64,000 nt of DNA from a virus (lineage: Duplodnaviria > Caudoviricetes). The stretch spans positions 3,799 to 67,798 of the IMG/VR virus record IMGVR_UViG_2671180879_000003. The stretch is one strand, 5' to 3'. This document shows, piece after piece, positions 1 through 12,311 of this stretch. Position numbers and translations under genes: made by a program. Each line of letters opens with the position of its first letter. The stretch's first letter is position 1. The notes under the pieces are model-generated. The model saw only the letters and a list, made by a program, of their open reading frames with translations, was not told the origin of the DNA and searched no databases.

Positions 1-260
1 AAATCCGCCTGTTTCTAAATTATACTTAGGTGCTTCACCATTAGAAACTATTTCTCCAGTCCATCCAAATTTATCTTTTAAAGTCTGTGCTGCATTGTTA
101 ACTTTATCTTTTCCTGTAAATCCACCTGTTTCTAAATTGTATTTAAGTGAATCATCATTAGAAACTATTTGTCCATTCCATCCAAATTTATCTTTTAAAA
201 CTTGAGCTTCTTTTTCAACTCTATCTCTTCCTATAAATCCACCTGTTTCTACTCTATATA
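1..260. repeat. 117-nt coding repeats (ETGGF...LKDKFGW), likely cell-wall-binding modules
   Basis: aaatcc(a/g)cctgtttcta recurs at 1, 118 and 235. Confidence 0.8.
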
Positions 261-789
261 CAGGAATCTTAACTTGATCTGGAATAATTCTTCCATATCC
301 TAAAAAGTGTTGTCTCCAGTAACTATTATTTATCTCAGTTATACAAACTCCTCTAGTGCTACTAGCTTGTATAAATTGATGATCATTGATAACTATACCT
401 ATATGTGATGGATAATTAGCTCCTCCATATGTACCTTTAAAGAATATTAAATCTCCAGGTTGTGGATTTGAAACCTTTCTTATATTTGAATTGCTCCAGT
501 AACCTGCTACATTAGTTCTAGATAAACCATATCCATTGTGATTAAATACATAATAAATGAATCCACTACAGTCAAATGAGTTTGGTCCAGTAGCTCCCCA
601 TACATATGGCTTTCCTATTTGTTGTTTTGCAAAATTAATTATTTGTTGTGCGCTAGCCTGAGATCTTGCATTATATGCGAATCTAGTAGAATCATCTCTG
701 CTTTCTGGCTGATTAGCAAAAGTTAATTGAGTTGTAAGCGAGACAGATATAACTGTAGTACCCAAAATAGCTAAAATTCTTTTATTCAT
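1..789 (-). CDS. Secreted NlpC/P60 (C40) peptidoglycan endopeptidase with C-terminal 39-aa repeats; runs off window
   Basis: Manual translation: signal peptide MNKRILAILGTT, GKPYVWGATGPNSFDCSG, SHIGI; AGGAGG RBS; absent from the ORF track because truncated. Confidence 0.88.
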   Translation of the reverse strand, partial: MNKRILAILGTTVISVSLTTQLTFANQPESRDDSTRFAYNARSQASAQQIINFAKQQIGKPYVWGATGPNSFDCSGFIYYVFNHNGYGLSRTNVAGYWSNSNIRKVSNPQPGDLIFFKGTYGGANYPSHIGIVINDHQFIQASSTRGVCITEINNSYWRQHFLGYGRIIPDQVKIPVYRVETGGFIGRDRVEKEAQVLKDKFGWNGQIVSNDDSLKYNLETGGFTGKDKVNNAAQTLKDKFGWTGEIVSNGEAPKYNLETGGF

Positions 790-915
790 ATAAAAGTCCT
801 CCTTTTTGATGTAATTGTTTTTGACATCATTTAAACATAGTTTAACATATGTTTCCATTTTTTACCACAAAATTTTCCATTTTTTTACAATATTCTTTAT
901 ATAATATTTATTTAA

Positions 916-955
916 ATAAAAAAACACCCAAAGTGATTTGGGTGTTTTTTTTATT
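916..955. terminator. Bidirectional intrinsic terminator
   Basis: A-tract, cacccaaa-gtga-tttgggtg, T-tract. Confidence 0.75.
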
Positions 956-1180
956 CTAATTTAATTGCCATTTACTCTCTAACTCTAATTAATCAACTAA
1001 TAATCCTGCTCCTACTTCTAATATAGAAGTTACTATAATTGATGTTCCTAATACTATTATTATAGATAAATCCTCATTGATTGATTTATTTTATTTAGTA
1101 AAGTTATTATATATGCTCAATCTAAAAAATCTTGCATAAACTTTAAACATTCTTTACATTTTTTATAAAAATACTTAAAT

Positions 1181-1216
1181 AAAAAAGAAGTACCTGTTGG
1201 CTTTGGTACTTCTTTT
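1181..1216 (-). terminator. Terminator after endolysin
   Basis: aaaagaagtacc...ggtacttctttt inverted repeat. Confidence 0.7.
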
Positions 1217-1322
1217 ACTAGTTAATAGGTCTAGTAACTACTGAATTTTACAGCTACAGTTAGCTGGTTGAATGTCTAATTGAATGTAGTATATCCAATT
1301 TACTTAATTAAATTATAACATA

Positions 1323-2105
1323 TTATATTAATTCTAAAAAAGTACAATTTACATATCCAAGACCTTTATTGCCATTAAATCCTTCTATACTTATCCATCC
1401 ATTTAAGCAATATTGTAAATTAACTATATCACCGTTTTTAACTTGTCCTATAACATTGTATTGAGTCCCTCTATCATATCTTACATTTAAAACATCTGCT
1501 ATAACTCTTGCTTTTCTTCCTAAATAATCTCCGTTTTTAAATCCTTCATTTGAAGTTGTATTAGAAGATTCTTTCCAAGGAACTCCATTAAATTTACATA
1601 TTCCTTTTGCAATTGCTTTAGCGAATCTATCTTTATTATTCATTATTAAATTATAATCTTCTTCATTAGTTATAAAGCCTAACTCAACTAAACAAGCATC
1701 CATGTTAGTTTCTCTTATAACATGTAAACTACCCTCCTTAACACCTCTATTTTTAGTGTAAAGTCCTTCTCTAATAATTTCAGAATGTATAGCATCAGCT
1801 AAAGGTCTATACTTAAATTTATAGCAATAAGTTTCTAATCCTTGAGCCTTTAGATTATCGGAACTATTGCAATGTATAGATACGAAAGAATTTACTCTTA
1901 AGCTATTAGCTTTATTACTTCTTTCATTTAAAGTTACAAATACATCTGTAGTTCTAGTATTTATATTTTTTATATCTTGTGTTTTTAAATACTCATTTAT
2001 TTTATTTGATACCTCTAAAACTATATCTTTTTCTAAGCACCCATGTAACCCTGGAGCTCCTGAATCATATCCCCCATGTCCTGCATCTATCATATTTGTT
2101 TTCAT
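1323..2105 (-). CDS. Endolysin, N-acetylmuramoyl-L-alanine amidase (Amidase_3) plus SH3b
   Basis: DAGHGG, SIHCN, LVELGFITN motifs; C-terminal LNVR SH3b. Confidence 0.93.
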   Translation of the reverse strand: MKTNMIDAGHGGYDSGAPGLHGCLEKDIVLEVSNKINEYLKTQDIKNINTRTTDVFVTLNERSNKANSLRVNSFVSIHCNSSDNLKAQGLETYCYKFKYRPLADAIHSEIIREGLYTKNRGVKEGSLHVIRETNMDACLVELGFITNEEDYNLIMNNKDRFAKAIAKGICKFNGVPWKESSNTTSNEGFKNGDYLGRKARVIADVLNVRYDRGTQYNVIGQVKNGDIVNLQYCLNGWISIEGFNGNKGLGYVNCTFLELI

Positions 2106-2273
2106 AATAAAATCCTCCTAAAATTTATATTTTTATATTTAAAAGGCAATAAAAAAAGACTTCAATGAGTCTATAATTCTATTGCCTTTTATTAAACTTA
2201 ATCCAAAATTATTTTTAATTTAAAAATAATTTATATAGAATTTTGTAAACATTATTTTTACATTTTATATAAA

Positions 2274-2498
2274 TTATTTATTATCTTTTAAACCCTTACT
2301 AGAGGGGTCTACAAATATACCAACTAATGCTGCTATAACAGCTGCAACAGCAACTGGATTAGCTAATATGCTTAAAAAAGCTTCTACTAACAAGTTCCAA
2401 TTTGTTAAAGTTTTAAAATCAATTCCAGCTGATGAAAATATAACTCCACCTAAACCTAACCAAAAATATGGATTTTTTAATCTACTTTTCATATACAA
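2274..2498 (-). CDS. Holin (phiLC3-like)
   Basis: RLKNPYFW...DPSSKGLKD, two hydrophobic segments, next to endolysin. Confidence 0.85.
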   Translation of the reverse strand: MYMKSRLKNPYFWLGLGGVIFSSAGIDFKTLTNWNLLVEAFLSILANPVAVAAVIAALVGIFVDPSSKGLKDNK

Positions 2499-2781
2499 TC
2501 TCTCCTTTTGTTTTTTCTATTGTATCTATTCTGTGATGTGCTAATTTGGTGCTTTCTTCAACTTTTATAAGCCTCTCTATAACATTACTTATTTTTGTAT
2601 CTTGAGCTTTTATATCAAGCCTTATATCATCAACACCTTTACTTATATAATCTAACTTTGTAGCAACTACTGTTTTTTGTGATGCATCATCTTCTATATC
2701 ATGAGCAGTCTTTTTTTGATAACTCATATACCCAATTATTGCACCTACAATTGTACATATAACGGTAACTTCTATATTCAT
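2482..2781 (-). CDS. Lysis-module membrane/coiled-coil protein (XhlA-like)
   Basis: N-terminal TM, C-terminal EESTKxAHHRID; near-identical to 36122..36418. Confidence 0.7.
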   Translation of the reverse strand: MNIEVTVICTIVGAIIGYMSYQKKTAHDIEDDASQKTVVATKLDYISKGVDDIRLDIKAQDTKISNVIERLIKVEESTKLAHHRIDTIEKTKGEIVYEK

Positions 2782-2789
2782 ATTCCCTC

Positions 2790-5700
2790 CTAAGCAATTT
2801 TACTTTTAAGTTCTTTTACCTGTTCTTCTAATAATTCATTTTTCTCTATAACTTTTTGCAAAGCTGTTGCTAACACATTTGTGTAACTCATATCATCATA
2901 TCCTAATTGTCCAAACTTATTTTTTGTTTGAATAATTCTTCCGATTTCAAATTCGTATAAGTCTTGGGCTATTAAACCTATTCTCATTCTAGTAGTTGCA
3001 TCAATGTTAATGTTGTATCTAAAAGTTGCAGTTTTTAAATGATCTCTTACAAACTCATAACAACTATTTTTAAAACTAGAATTAATATATCTTATATCAT
3101 ATTTTAAATTTCTATCAGAACCTATTACAGCATTGTATATACTTAATCCTTGCATATCTATGTTATTTTCAATATAAAGACTAGTTGTTGCTGAATTTGT
3201 ATTTCTTGCTATTCTATCAACCATCAATCTAGGACCATCTATTGTTACTCCTCCATTTATGTGGAGTTGAGGGTCCCCATTAAAACTTATTATCCTTTTT
3301 TGAAAGTCTTCATGTGGTCCATGTGAAAAATCTATATAAGCAGGTCCTTGAGTTGGACTTCTTAGTTCAAGTCTAGCGTCAGAACTTGTTCTAACATCTG
3401 GTAAAACCTCTAATCCACCTATAATACTTATTAAGCTTCCATTGTTAGGCAACTGTGCTATACGAGCCGTATAATCATTACTAATACCATTTCTAGAGAA
3501 ATCTATATAACATAAATTGCCTTGATTTGCATTTATCTCTATACCTTTATCTCCATCTCCAGTAAATTGGATAGGGTTTTGCGGTCCAAATACTTTAAGC
3601 CCCCACACATTCAACCAACCTGTAGGATCCATGCTAAAACATTTTAAATTTTGATGATTATATAACTCTATAGCACCGTTACGAATTATAAATTTACCAT
3701 TACTATTTTGAACATTACCAGTTATATTGTTAAATGCCATTTCTACACTTTTAGGGTTTTGAGCTATTATAGATGAAACATCTCCTGCACTTACTTTATT
3801 AACTATTTGATTAGCTTTAAGTGTTATAGAAGCAGTATCTTCTGTTGAGTTAGTCCAATCTAAATTACGCTTAAATAATCCTTTAAGTAGAATTACATCT
3901 TCTATATGAATTAAACTTCCATACTCTTGACTAGCTCCATTGTGCCATAGTGAAAATTTATAGTAAGCTGTACTATTAACTTTAAAGTTAAACCTATATA
4001 CACCCCTGCTTTTTAAATTAATTGATGTATATACAACATTATCGTTCCTATCTTGTATAGTTACTCTAAATCCATTTAAAACATTAGACTGTATTTCTGT
4101 GCAATTAATTTGTATTGTATAATCAACATTTCCTTCTAATGCTACATCTTGACTAAATCTAATTCCCATATTACTTTTATTTACAAATGAAAATCCTTTT
4201 TTTACACTTGAGTCTGTAGTACATGTTCTTATGGATAAATTCCCGTTTGATACGCCCCACCAATCTATATTATTAAATCCGTTTGAGTTATTTAGCATAT
4301 TTAATTTTGAAGATGAAGCAACTAAATCTATTTGATTTAACTGTTGATTTATCTCCGTTTTTATTATAGATGCTGATTCTGTTATTTTCCCATCCACTTC
4401 ATTTTTTTTATAGAATTGAGAACTTACTGTGCTAATTATAGAAGCATCTGTTATTTTTTGTGCTGCTTCTTTTTTCCAAGTTTCTAAAGATATTATTTTA
4501 TCATTTACAGTAGATTGACTAGTTTCTACATTTGATACTCTACTTGTTATATTGCTTAAGTTTGCTTCTATTGAAGCCACTTTACTTTTAGTAGTAGATA
4601 CATTAGTTTCTGTAGAACTTACTCTAGCTTTTATACTATTTAAATCTCTCTCAACAGTATTTACTTTAGTTTCAACATCATCTATTTTACCAGTAGCACT
4701 ATTAATTTGAGTTGTATGCTTTCCTATAGTACTTTTCATACTATCTACAGTATCTACAGTACGGTTATAATCGTCTTTTAATAGTATTGTTTGTCCATCT
4801 TTTACTATCTGAGTATTATTTATAGCAGTGCTGATTTCCCCTTGCATAACTCCTATAGTTGTACTATTACTTTCAGTTTTCTTTTTAGTCTCATCTGTTT
4901 GTGTTTTTAATGAGTTAAACGCTAAATCTAAAGTTTGGTTAACTTCATCTATTTGTACCTTAGAACTTTTTATAGTTGTAGATCCATTGTTTATCTGAGT
5001 TACAACACTATTAATATTTAGCTTATGACCATCTATGTTAGCATTATCAGAAATCATATCATCTCTTATAATTTTCTCTTTTATACCACTAGATTTAAGT
5101 CCAGTAGCATCAAACATTAAATTTCCCTTAGAATCCCAAACATACATAGTATAGTCATTTTTAGCATCTTTACCTATCTGAACTCTAACTCTGTTAGTAT
5201 CTCTAATCTGAATAGTATTATCTGATATTAAAATATTTCCACTATCAGACGTAATTCTAAACTTATTAGTACTAATATCTCCTGCATTTACTTTAGAAAC
5301 ATCTAAACTAGCTATCATAGCATTTTTAATAAATCCATTTGCTATAGTAAGTTTATCTGAAGTTATTCCTCCAGATTGGATGTTTTCACTAGACAAATTA
5401 CCGTTTACAAGTGTTTCAATTTTATCTACATTAGCTTCCAATACTTGTATAGTTGCATTTACAGCTTCTAATTGAGTTATACTAGCTTTATTAGCTTGTA
5501 AATCATTTATTTGTGCTGAATGAGTAACTGTTAAACTATCTATCTTTGCGACATTCGATGTAAGTGTTCCTATAGTACCTTGAACGGCAGTTAATTGTCC
5601 TGTTATATTTACATCGAAAGCTTCTAAGTTTTCTATTTTAGCATTAACAACAGTTAAATCTGTAATCTTAGCAACACTTGCTTCAAAGTCAGATATTTGA

Positions 5701-6763
5701 TTTGTAGTAATAGAATCTATTGTACTTCCATCTACAGTCCCATTGTCTGTTGTAATATTGCTAACTGTATCAGCTGCTTCTTGAAATTGTGTTTGTATTT
5801 CTTCAAAACTTAATGTAGTGTTAGCAAGTTCTACACTATCAAGTTCATGTTCGTCTGGATGCTCATTAATCTTAACTATTCTTTGCTTATCTCTAAATTT
5901 ATTATCTTTAGAAATAAGTGTTATAGTATCACCTAAGTTATAATCTAAAATATTTTTATACTTATCATTAAGTTTTGCTAAATTTATAATATCCGCAGAA
6001 TAAGATCTATAGGGTTTTGAAATTTCAGCTAATTTAGCTTCTGCATCTTCTTTTAAATTTTCTACTATAGTATATCTATCATCTTTCCAATAAATAGTTT
6101 TAACCTTATTAGAATACTGATAGTTTTCTACATACTCTTTTCCACCATTTATAGCTGAAATTCTTAAATTATCTTTTCCTATAGGTATAATTCTTGTAAA
6201 AAAATCGTATGAATTTCCTTGAATGTTAAGTTCCTTCAAGTTTAAAGAATCTATAAAGTAAGCTCCTTTATCATCTCCTAAATGTTCATATACATCTATG
6301 GTTCTAGTTAATGTATTAAAGACTAAATCGCATCTATATGTTTTCTTTATATTTTTTATAACTTCTAAGCTCGAACAATTAGTCGCTCTAACAGTTCTTC
6401 TCTTTTTTAAACTACACTTTCCAACAATCCAACCAGTACCTGATAAAGCTAATGTTAATGCCTTATCAATTGGTTGCTCAACACTTTCATAGCGTTCAAA
6501 GGGTGTCCCCTCTAAATCTTCTAAGTTTAGAGCACACTTAAATTCAGTATGTTCACTTCCAACATTCTTTTCTTTTATTATAAATTCATCTTCTTTAGTT
6601 GTGATATAGCACTCTTCCTCTATATTAAAATAGTATTTTGATTTTTAGAATATGAAAAAGAGAGTGTTTTATCTCCACTCTCTAATACTTTCTCTATATA
6701 TAAATCTATATAGTCTACTAATCCTGCTATTTTCTTTTTATTTTTGTCATGTAAATGTATCAA
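2790..6763 (-). pseudogene. Tail spike/endopeptidase-fibre protein with C-terminal S74 chaperone, frameshifted near 5' end (ORF remnant 2790..6239)
   Basis: TTG start at 6763 with GGAGG RBS; frame changes in an A-run near 6645, then is open into the 1149-aa ORF; SDRNLKYDI chaperone motif. Confidence 0.78.
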
Positions 6764-6800
6764 AAGAGGCTACCCTCCGTTCATTATAAATTTAAAGCTT

Positions 6801-7181
6801 TTATTCTTCTATCATATAATCTATTGCCATTAACTCAACAGGAGTAATTTTATAATCTGCTAATTCATCTAATTTAAATCTATGTATATCTATCTCAACT
6901 TCTATATTTTGAAGTTCTTGAAACTCTTTTTCCCATACTTCAGTAAATTCATCTGATATTTTTAAGTTATTATTTTCATCTATTTTAAGTTTTCCATTTT
7001 CATCTTTTATACAGTATTTATCTAGTAATTTTTGTCTTTCAGTATTATAGATTTTTAATTCATTTTCTATTTTAGATATATTCTTTGACAGTGCATATGA
7101 AACTTTAACTGGTAACTCCTTGTTAGCTATATTACTTATCATGTTAGCATCATTTACTATTCTTCTATTAGTTAACTTCAT
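6801..7181 (-). CDS. Phage tail-region protein (DUF1617-like)
   Basis: 126 aa in tail operon, LPVKVSYALSKNI motif. Confidence 0.6.
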   Translation of the reverse strand: MKLTNRRIVNDANMISNIANKELPVKVSYALSKNISKIENELKIYNTERQKLLDKYCIKDENGKLKIDENNNLKISDEFTEVWEKEFQELQNIEVEIDIHRFKLDELADYKITPVELMAIDYMIEE

Positions 7182-7183
7182 TA

Positions 7184-7456
7184 TTATTTACCTTCCTTTA
7201 CAGATTTAAAATTTAATATTGGAGCGTTTAACTTATCTTGTTCTTCATATACTAAATCTTCAAAAGCTCTCATATCTTTTCTTACTTCTAATTTATTTGA
7301 TTCATAAAGTGATTGATTAGTTATATTCTTATTTATATTTCCATTTGTAGATCCATCTGTACTTAAACTAGCACTCATATATACTACTACTTGTCCATCT
7401 ATCATTGAGTTACCAGTTATATTTATTGTTTTTGTTGTCTTTAACATTTTTATCAT
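7184..7456 (-). CDS. Phage tail-region hypothetical protein
   Basis: 90 aa with RBS, operonic. Confidence 0.6.
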   Translation of the reverse strand: MIKMLKTTKTINITGNSMIDGQVVVYMSASLSTDGSTNGNINKNITNQSLYESNKLEVRKDMRAFEDLVYEEQDKLNAPILNFKSVKEGK

Positions 7457-7464
7457 CCTTTCTA

Positions 7465-8166
7465 CTATAAAAATCTAGGGTTATATTTTATTGTGATATT
7501 GCAAGTATCTTTATTTACTGTAATATTGTTTTGGCCAGGTACTAAAAAAGGAAACTCCCACATATCAGTATCATCAAATTTATTGATACCATCTTGTGTA
7601 ACAGTTCCCTCTATTCCATTTATTATTATTGTTTTATCCCCTTTTAAGTTCTTAACTATCAAAGGATCTTCACTTAACCCATTTATAGTTAAATATATCA
7701 TATCTATAATTGGATTTATTTCTACTATACAAGGTACTTTAGTATTACCTTTAACAGATATAGTTTTACTTTTAACTCTATTTAAAGTTTCTACAATTTC
7801 ATCTTCCATGTTATATCCTATAAAGCTTAATTGTAACCTTCCTCGTATTTGCCTCAAGCTGGCTTGATCTGAATTACCATTTAAAATACATTTAAACTTT
7901 AAATTTCTATCTTTAAAATAAACTTCAAATGGTTTTATCATATTACTTAGCAAGTTACTTTTATCTAAATAATATTGTTTCCTATCTAAAGAGTTGATTA
8001 AAAGAGTAACAGTAATTAAATTTAACTCTACTTTAGAATTTAAGAAAAGAGGTAGCAATTTATTTTTACATTTAAAGTCTTTTAAATTATTAATGCTAGA
8101 GTTTTGAATATCAACATCTAAAACCCTAGCATTATATTTACCAATATCTATATTGTTAATAAGCAT
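7465..8166 (-). CDS. Distal tail protein (Dit)
   Basis: Follows tape measure; C-terminal FPFLVPGQNNI...YNPRFL. Confidence 0.8.
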   Translation of the reverse strand: MLINNIDIGKYNARVLDVDIQNSSINNLKDFKCKNKLLPLFLNSKVELNLITVTLLINSLDRKQYYLDKSNLLSNMIKPFEVYFKDRNLKFKCILNGNSDQASLRQIRGRLQLSFIGYNMEDEIVETLNRVKSKTISVKGNTKVPCIVEINPIIDMIYLTINGLSEDPLIVKNLKGDKTIIINGIEGTVTQDGINKFDDTDMWEFPFLVPGQNNITVNKDTCNITIKYNPRFL

Positions 8167-8169
8167 TGT

Positions 8170-11100
8170 TTACCCCCTTCTTCTCATTGTATTTAAAGCT
8201 AATTTATTAGAAACTCTAGGAACTACAACCCTATCAATTTCTTCTCCTGCAATACTAATAGGGATTATAATATTTCCATCAGAATCACCTTTATTTTTCA
8301 TCATAGAATTTATAACTCCTTGAGCAGTTTGTCTTGCAGTTTCTAAAACCATTTGTTCACTTGATTCATGGTTATATACCTTAGTTCCACTTGGTAAGTC
8401 ATATAATTCATATCCTCTTTCATGAAGATATGTTAAACCACCTTTAAAGTGTGAGTTCCCTGTCCAGTTTCCATCAGGCTTTTTACCATGACTTTGGAAG
8501 AATGTATTTACAAAGAAGTTTTTAACTAGACTTCCCCATCCACTATTCCATGCATCTTTTAACTTATCCCACTTACTTTTAACTTTACCAGTTGTAGTAT
8601 CTACATCTTTTGTAATATCTGAGTTCATAGAAGTTATTTCCTTAACTGCTTTATCTCTTGTTTCTTTAGCGGCATTTACAGTATCATCTCTTTGTTTTTT
8701 TGCATCTGCAATAAGTTTATCTCTTTGTTTTGCACTTATTGAACCAGTTTCTTTTTCCATTCTATATGCTTCAGCTATTCTTTCATCACATTCTTTATTA
8801 GCAGCCTCAATAGATTTATCCCTAGAGGTATTTAATTCTTTTATATGTTTAGATGCCATATCAGCAGTTATATTTTTATCATTATCTTTCATTCTTTCAA
8901 GAATTACCTTAGCTTCAACTTCATTATCAGATAAAGTTTTTATAGCAGTATTTTTCATTTCTTGTTTAATTTTGTTAATATCTTTTAATTCTTGATTGCT
9001 AAGTTTTCTATGTTCTTCAGCTGCTTTAGCATGAATAGCATTAATTTTATTTTGAGCTTCATCAACTAGTTGTTTTTCTTTAGTCCAGTAACTTTTTGTT
9101 TTCTCTAGTGCATCCTTTTTTTCTTGATCTGTAAGGGCATTAGTTTTAGCAAAGAAATCTTTTTGGCTTTTTAACTCTGCATCTCTTTTTTTATCCATGC
9201 CATCTTTAATTTTATTAGCCATGTCTTTATAAACTTTTTGCATTTCTTGAGATTGTTTCTTTGATAATACTACACTTTTATTTAATGTGTCTGTAAAGTC
9301 TTTTATAGTTTGGTCCTTTTGTTTTTGAGTTAAACCTTTAGTGCCATTAACCATTGCAGTATATTGTTTTATTATTTCATCTTTATTCTTGCTAGTTAAA
9401 ACTCCAGTGTCAGAAACTAATTTTTTAAAGTCTACAGTCATTTTTTCTCTTTTATCCTTAGATAGACTACTCGATTTCTTACTCATTTCTGTAAAGTTTT
9501 TAACTACAGTATCTTTTGCTTCTTTTGAGAACTTATCTGAATTCATTTTTAAATTCATCATAGATTCACTAGCTTTTTTATCTAATTCTAAGTAGGACTG
9601 AACATTATCTTTTGTCGCTTTAGATATTTTAATTACATTCTTTTCAGTAGCTTCTGCATAGTTCCCAAATTTATCTCTGCTATATTCAACTTTATCTGCA
9701 AATAAATCTACTGCAGGTGTTGCACTTTTATTTAAGTGTTCAGCTACTTTATATCCTGCATATCCAACGGCAGCTACTGCAGCTACCCCTAATGCAATTG
9801 GTCCTAGCGAACCTATAACAGTAGCACCAAAACCTCCGGCCGCAACTTCTGCTCCTGCTAATCCAGCACTTGCAGTTTCTGCTGCTGGAGCAAGTCCTAA
9901 TAATATTTTTGAAAAATCACCAAATGTAGAAGCGGCTTTTAATGCTTTAAACTTTCCAACAGTTCCAATTAATCCACCTATACCACTAGATACATGACCT
10001 AAACCGCTTGTTATAGGACCCATTGCAATAGCAGCTAGCCCTGCTTTAACTATAAATTCTTGAGTGTGTGGACTTAAATTACTAAAGCTAGTTGCTAATT
10101 TAGTAACATCTTTAGCAACACTTGTTATAGCTGGAGCTAAAGCTTGGAAAGTTTTTATTGCTGCACCTTCTAGGGCACTTTTCATTTCTGCTAAACTACC
10201 TTTTGCATTTTCACTCATAGTTTTAGCCATTTTAGCAGTAGCACCTTCACTGTTGTCTATAGCATTTGATAATTTATTAAAATCTCCTTCACTAGCATTT
10301 ATAATTGCAAGCCACCCAGACATTGCTTCTTTACCAAAGATAGTTGCAACGGCACTGGCTTGAGTAGCCTCATCTAAACCACCCATTTTTTCTCTAAGGT
10401 CAGACATTACTTCTCTAAAGCTTTTCATCTTACCGTCACTATTTTCTACAGATATTCCATACTTCTCCATCATTTCGGCCATACTATCCGTAGGCTTTAC
10501 TAAGTTAGTTAATCCTGCTCTAAGTGCAGTACCAGCTTGACTTGCTTTAATACCACTATTAGCCATTAATCCTATAGCTAAAGATGTATCTTGAACACTA
10601 TATCCTAATGCACCAGCTACAGGAGCGGCATATTTAAAAGTTTCTCCCATCATACCAACGTTAGTATTGGCATTAGATGAAGCAGCTGCTAATACATCAC
10701 TAAACATACCAGCATCTTTAGCTTTTAATCCGAATCCTGTTAATGCATCCGTTACAATATCAGAAGTAGACCCTAATTCTTCTCCAGAAGCAATTGCTAA
10801 ATTTAGTATAGGTTCTATACCTTCGAGCATATCACCAGTTTTCCAACCAGCCATTGCCATATACTCCATACCTTCTCCTGCTTCTGCAGCACTAAATTTA
10901 GTTTTAGCTCCCATTTCTTGAGCCTTATTTTCTAATTGTTTAAGGTCATCACCAGTAGCACCAGAAATAGCGGCTACCTTATCCATTTGAGCTTCGTACT
11001 CCATACCTACATGAGCCGCAGCTACTCCTATTCCTGTTAAAGGTAAACTAACATGAGTAGTAAGTTTTCCACCTATCTCTTGAGCTTTACTACCTACTTT

Positions 11101-11684
11101 TTTAAAGTTATTTCCTAAATCTTCAAGCTTTTTAGATGCACTACCTACACCATGAGTATTTTCTACTTCTCTATTGAATTTATTTACCGCAGATTGAGCT
11201 TTATTTACTTCTTCCTCTGCTTTATTCATTTGAGTTTCATAGTTTTGTAATGTCTTAGCATTATTTTCTACAGTTCTATCTAGCTTATCATGCTCTTTTT
11301 GTAATTCTTCTAAGGCTTTTTCAGTTTCTTTAGCTTCCTTACTTTCTTTACCATAATTTTTAATAGCATTTTCATGTGCTTTTTCAGCTTTAGAAAGAGA
11401 ACTTGTTAATTTATCTCTTTCACTTATATTTTTTTGTAGTGTTTCAGTAGCATCGTGAACACTTTTTTTATAAGTTTCTAACTTCTTATTTTGTAAATCT
11501 AATTGTTTTTGTAATGAGCTTTGAACCCTATTTACGCCTTCTGTAGATTTACCAAATGCCTCTAAACCACTTTGAGCTGCTTTTAATTCACTCTTATTAT
11601 TTTTAATTTCTGAATTTATACCTTTTAATGTACTGGAATATCCAGAATCATCTTTGCGGTTATTCGTTTTTCTGTATCACTCAT
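8170..11684 (-). pseudogene. Tape measure protein (TP901 family), frameshifted just after true start (ORF remnant 8170..11229)
   Basis: ATG at 11684 (MSDTEKRITAKMI) is out of frame with DDSGYSSTLKG; core motif AKTKFSAAEAGEGMEYMAMAGW. Confidence 0.85.
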
Positions 11685-11702
11685 TTACACTCCTTTCTCT
11701 TT

Positions 11703-11921
11703 CTATAGGAAAGGTACTTCATCTATGCTAACAACTTTTTCAACATAACCATCATTTGAAGCTGATTGAGTTTGTTCTTCATATGTTTTATTGAGTTCTC
11801 CGATTAACATAACAATTTCTTTGAATGTACTATCGAAGAACTCTTGTCTTGTGAAATTTAGTTGTGTTTTTACAATAAAAAAAAGCCTATTTATATCAAA
11901 GGGCTTTTCACTAAAGTCTAT
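11703..11921 (-). CDS. Tail assembly chaperone -1 frameshift extension (gpGT-like)
   Basis: A9 run before the TAG of 11918..12286; -1 frame IDFSEKPFDINRLFF open to 11703. Confidence 0.7.
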   Translation of the reverse strand: MDFSEKPFDINRLFFIVKTQLNFTRQEFFDSTFKEIVMLIGELNKTYEEQTQSASNDGYVEKVVSIDEVPFL

Positions 11922-12286
11922 TTTTTTTTACTTTCTTCTTTATTTTCATTTGTATCTTTTTCATTTTCTGTAGATCTTTTAACTCCTCTATAATCGTAAT
12001 ATAAGTCACATGCAAAAGTTACTATTTCATCTACTATTTGATCTGGAGTTAATTTTTCTCTTAATTCATCTATAGTTAATGGCTTTTCATTTTTCTCTTC
12101 ATCAAATCTTTTTGATATGCAAGAACATACCATAACTTTTAAAGCATTATTATATACATTTTGTCCATACATAACTCCATTTATTACAGTACCAAAGTTA
12201 TCAAATCTTTCATCTATATCAAATATAGTTTTATTTGTCATTTCAAAAGCTAAGTTTTCATTACCTATTTTAAATTTTCTTTTCAT
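11918..12286 (-). CDS. Tail assembly chaperone
   Basis: Between major tail and tape measure genes; slippery end. Confidence 0.75.
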   Translation of the reverse strand: MKRKFKIGNENLAFEMTNKTIFDIDERFDNFGTVINGVMYGQNVYNNALKVMVCSCISKRFDEEKNEKPLTIDELREKLTPDQIVDEIVTFACDLYYDYRGVKRSTENEKDTNENKEESKKK

Positions 12287-12311
12287 TTAACTTCACTCCC
12301 TATTATTTATA

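Noticed and set aside
989-1090. Hydrophobic peptide frame (DLSIIIVLGTSIIVTSILEVGAGLLVD) as a type I toxin
   Set aside because: No start codon or RBS in frame; probably a gene remnant
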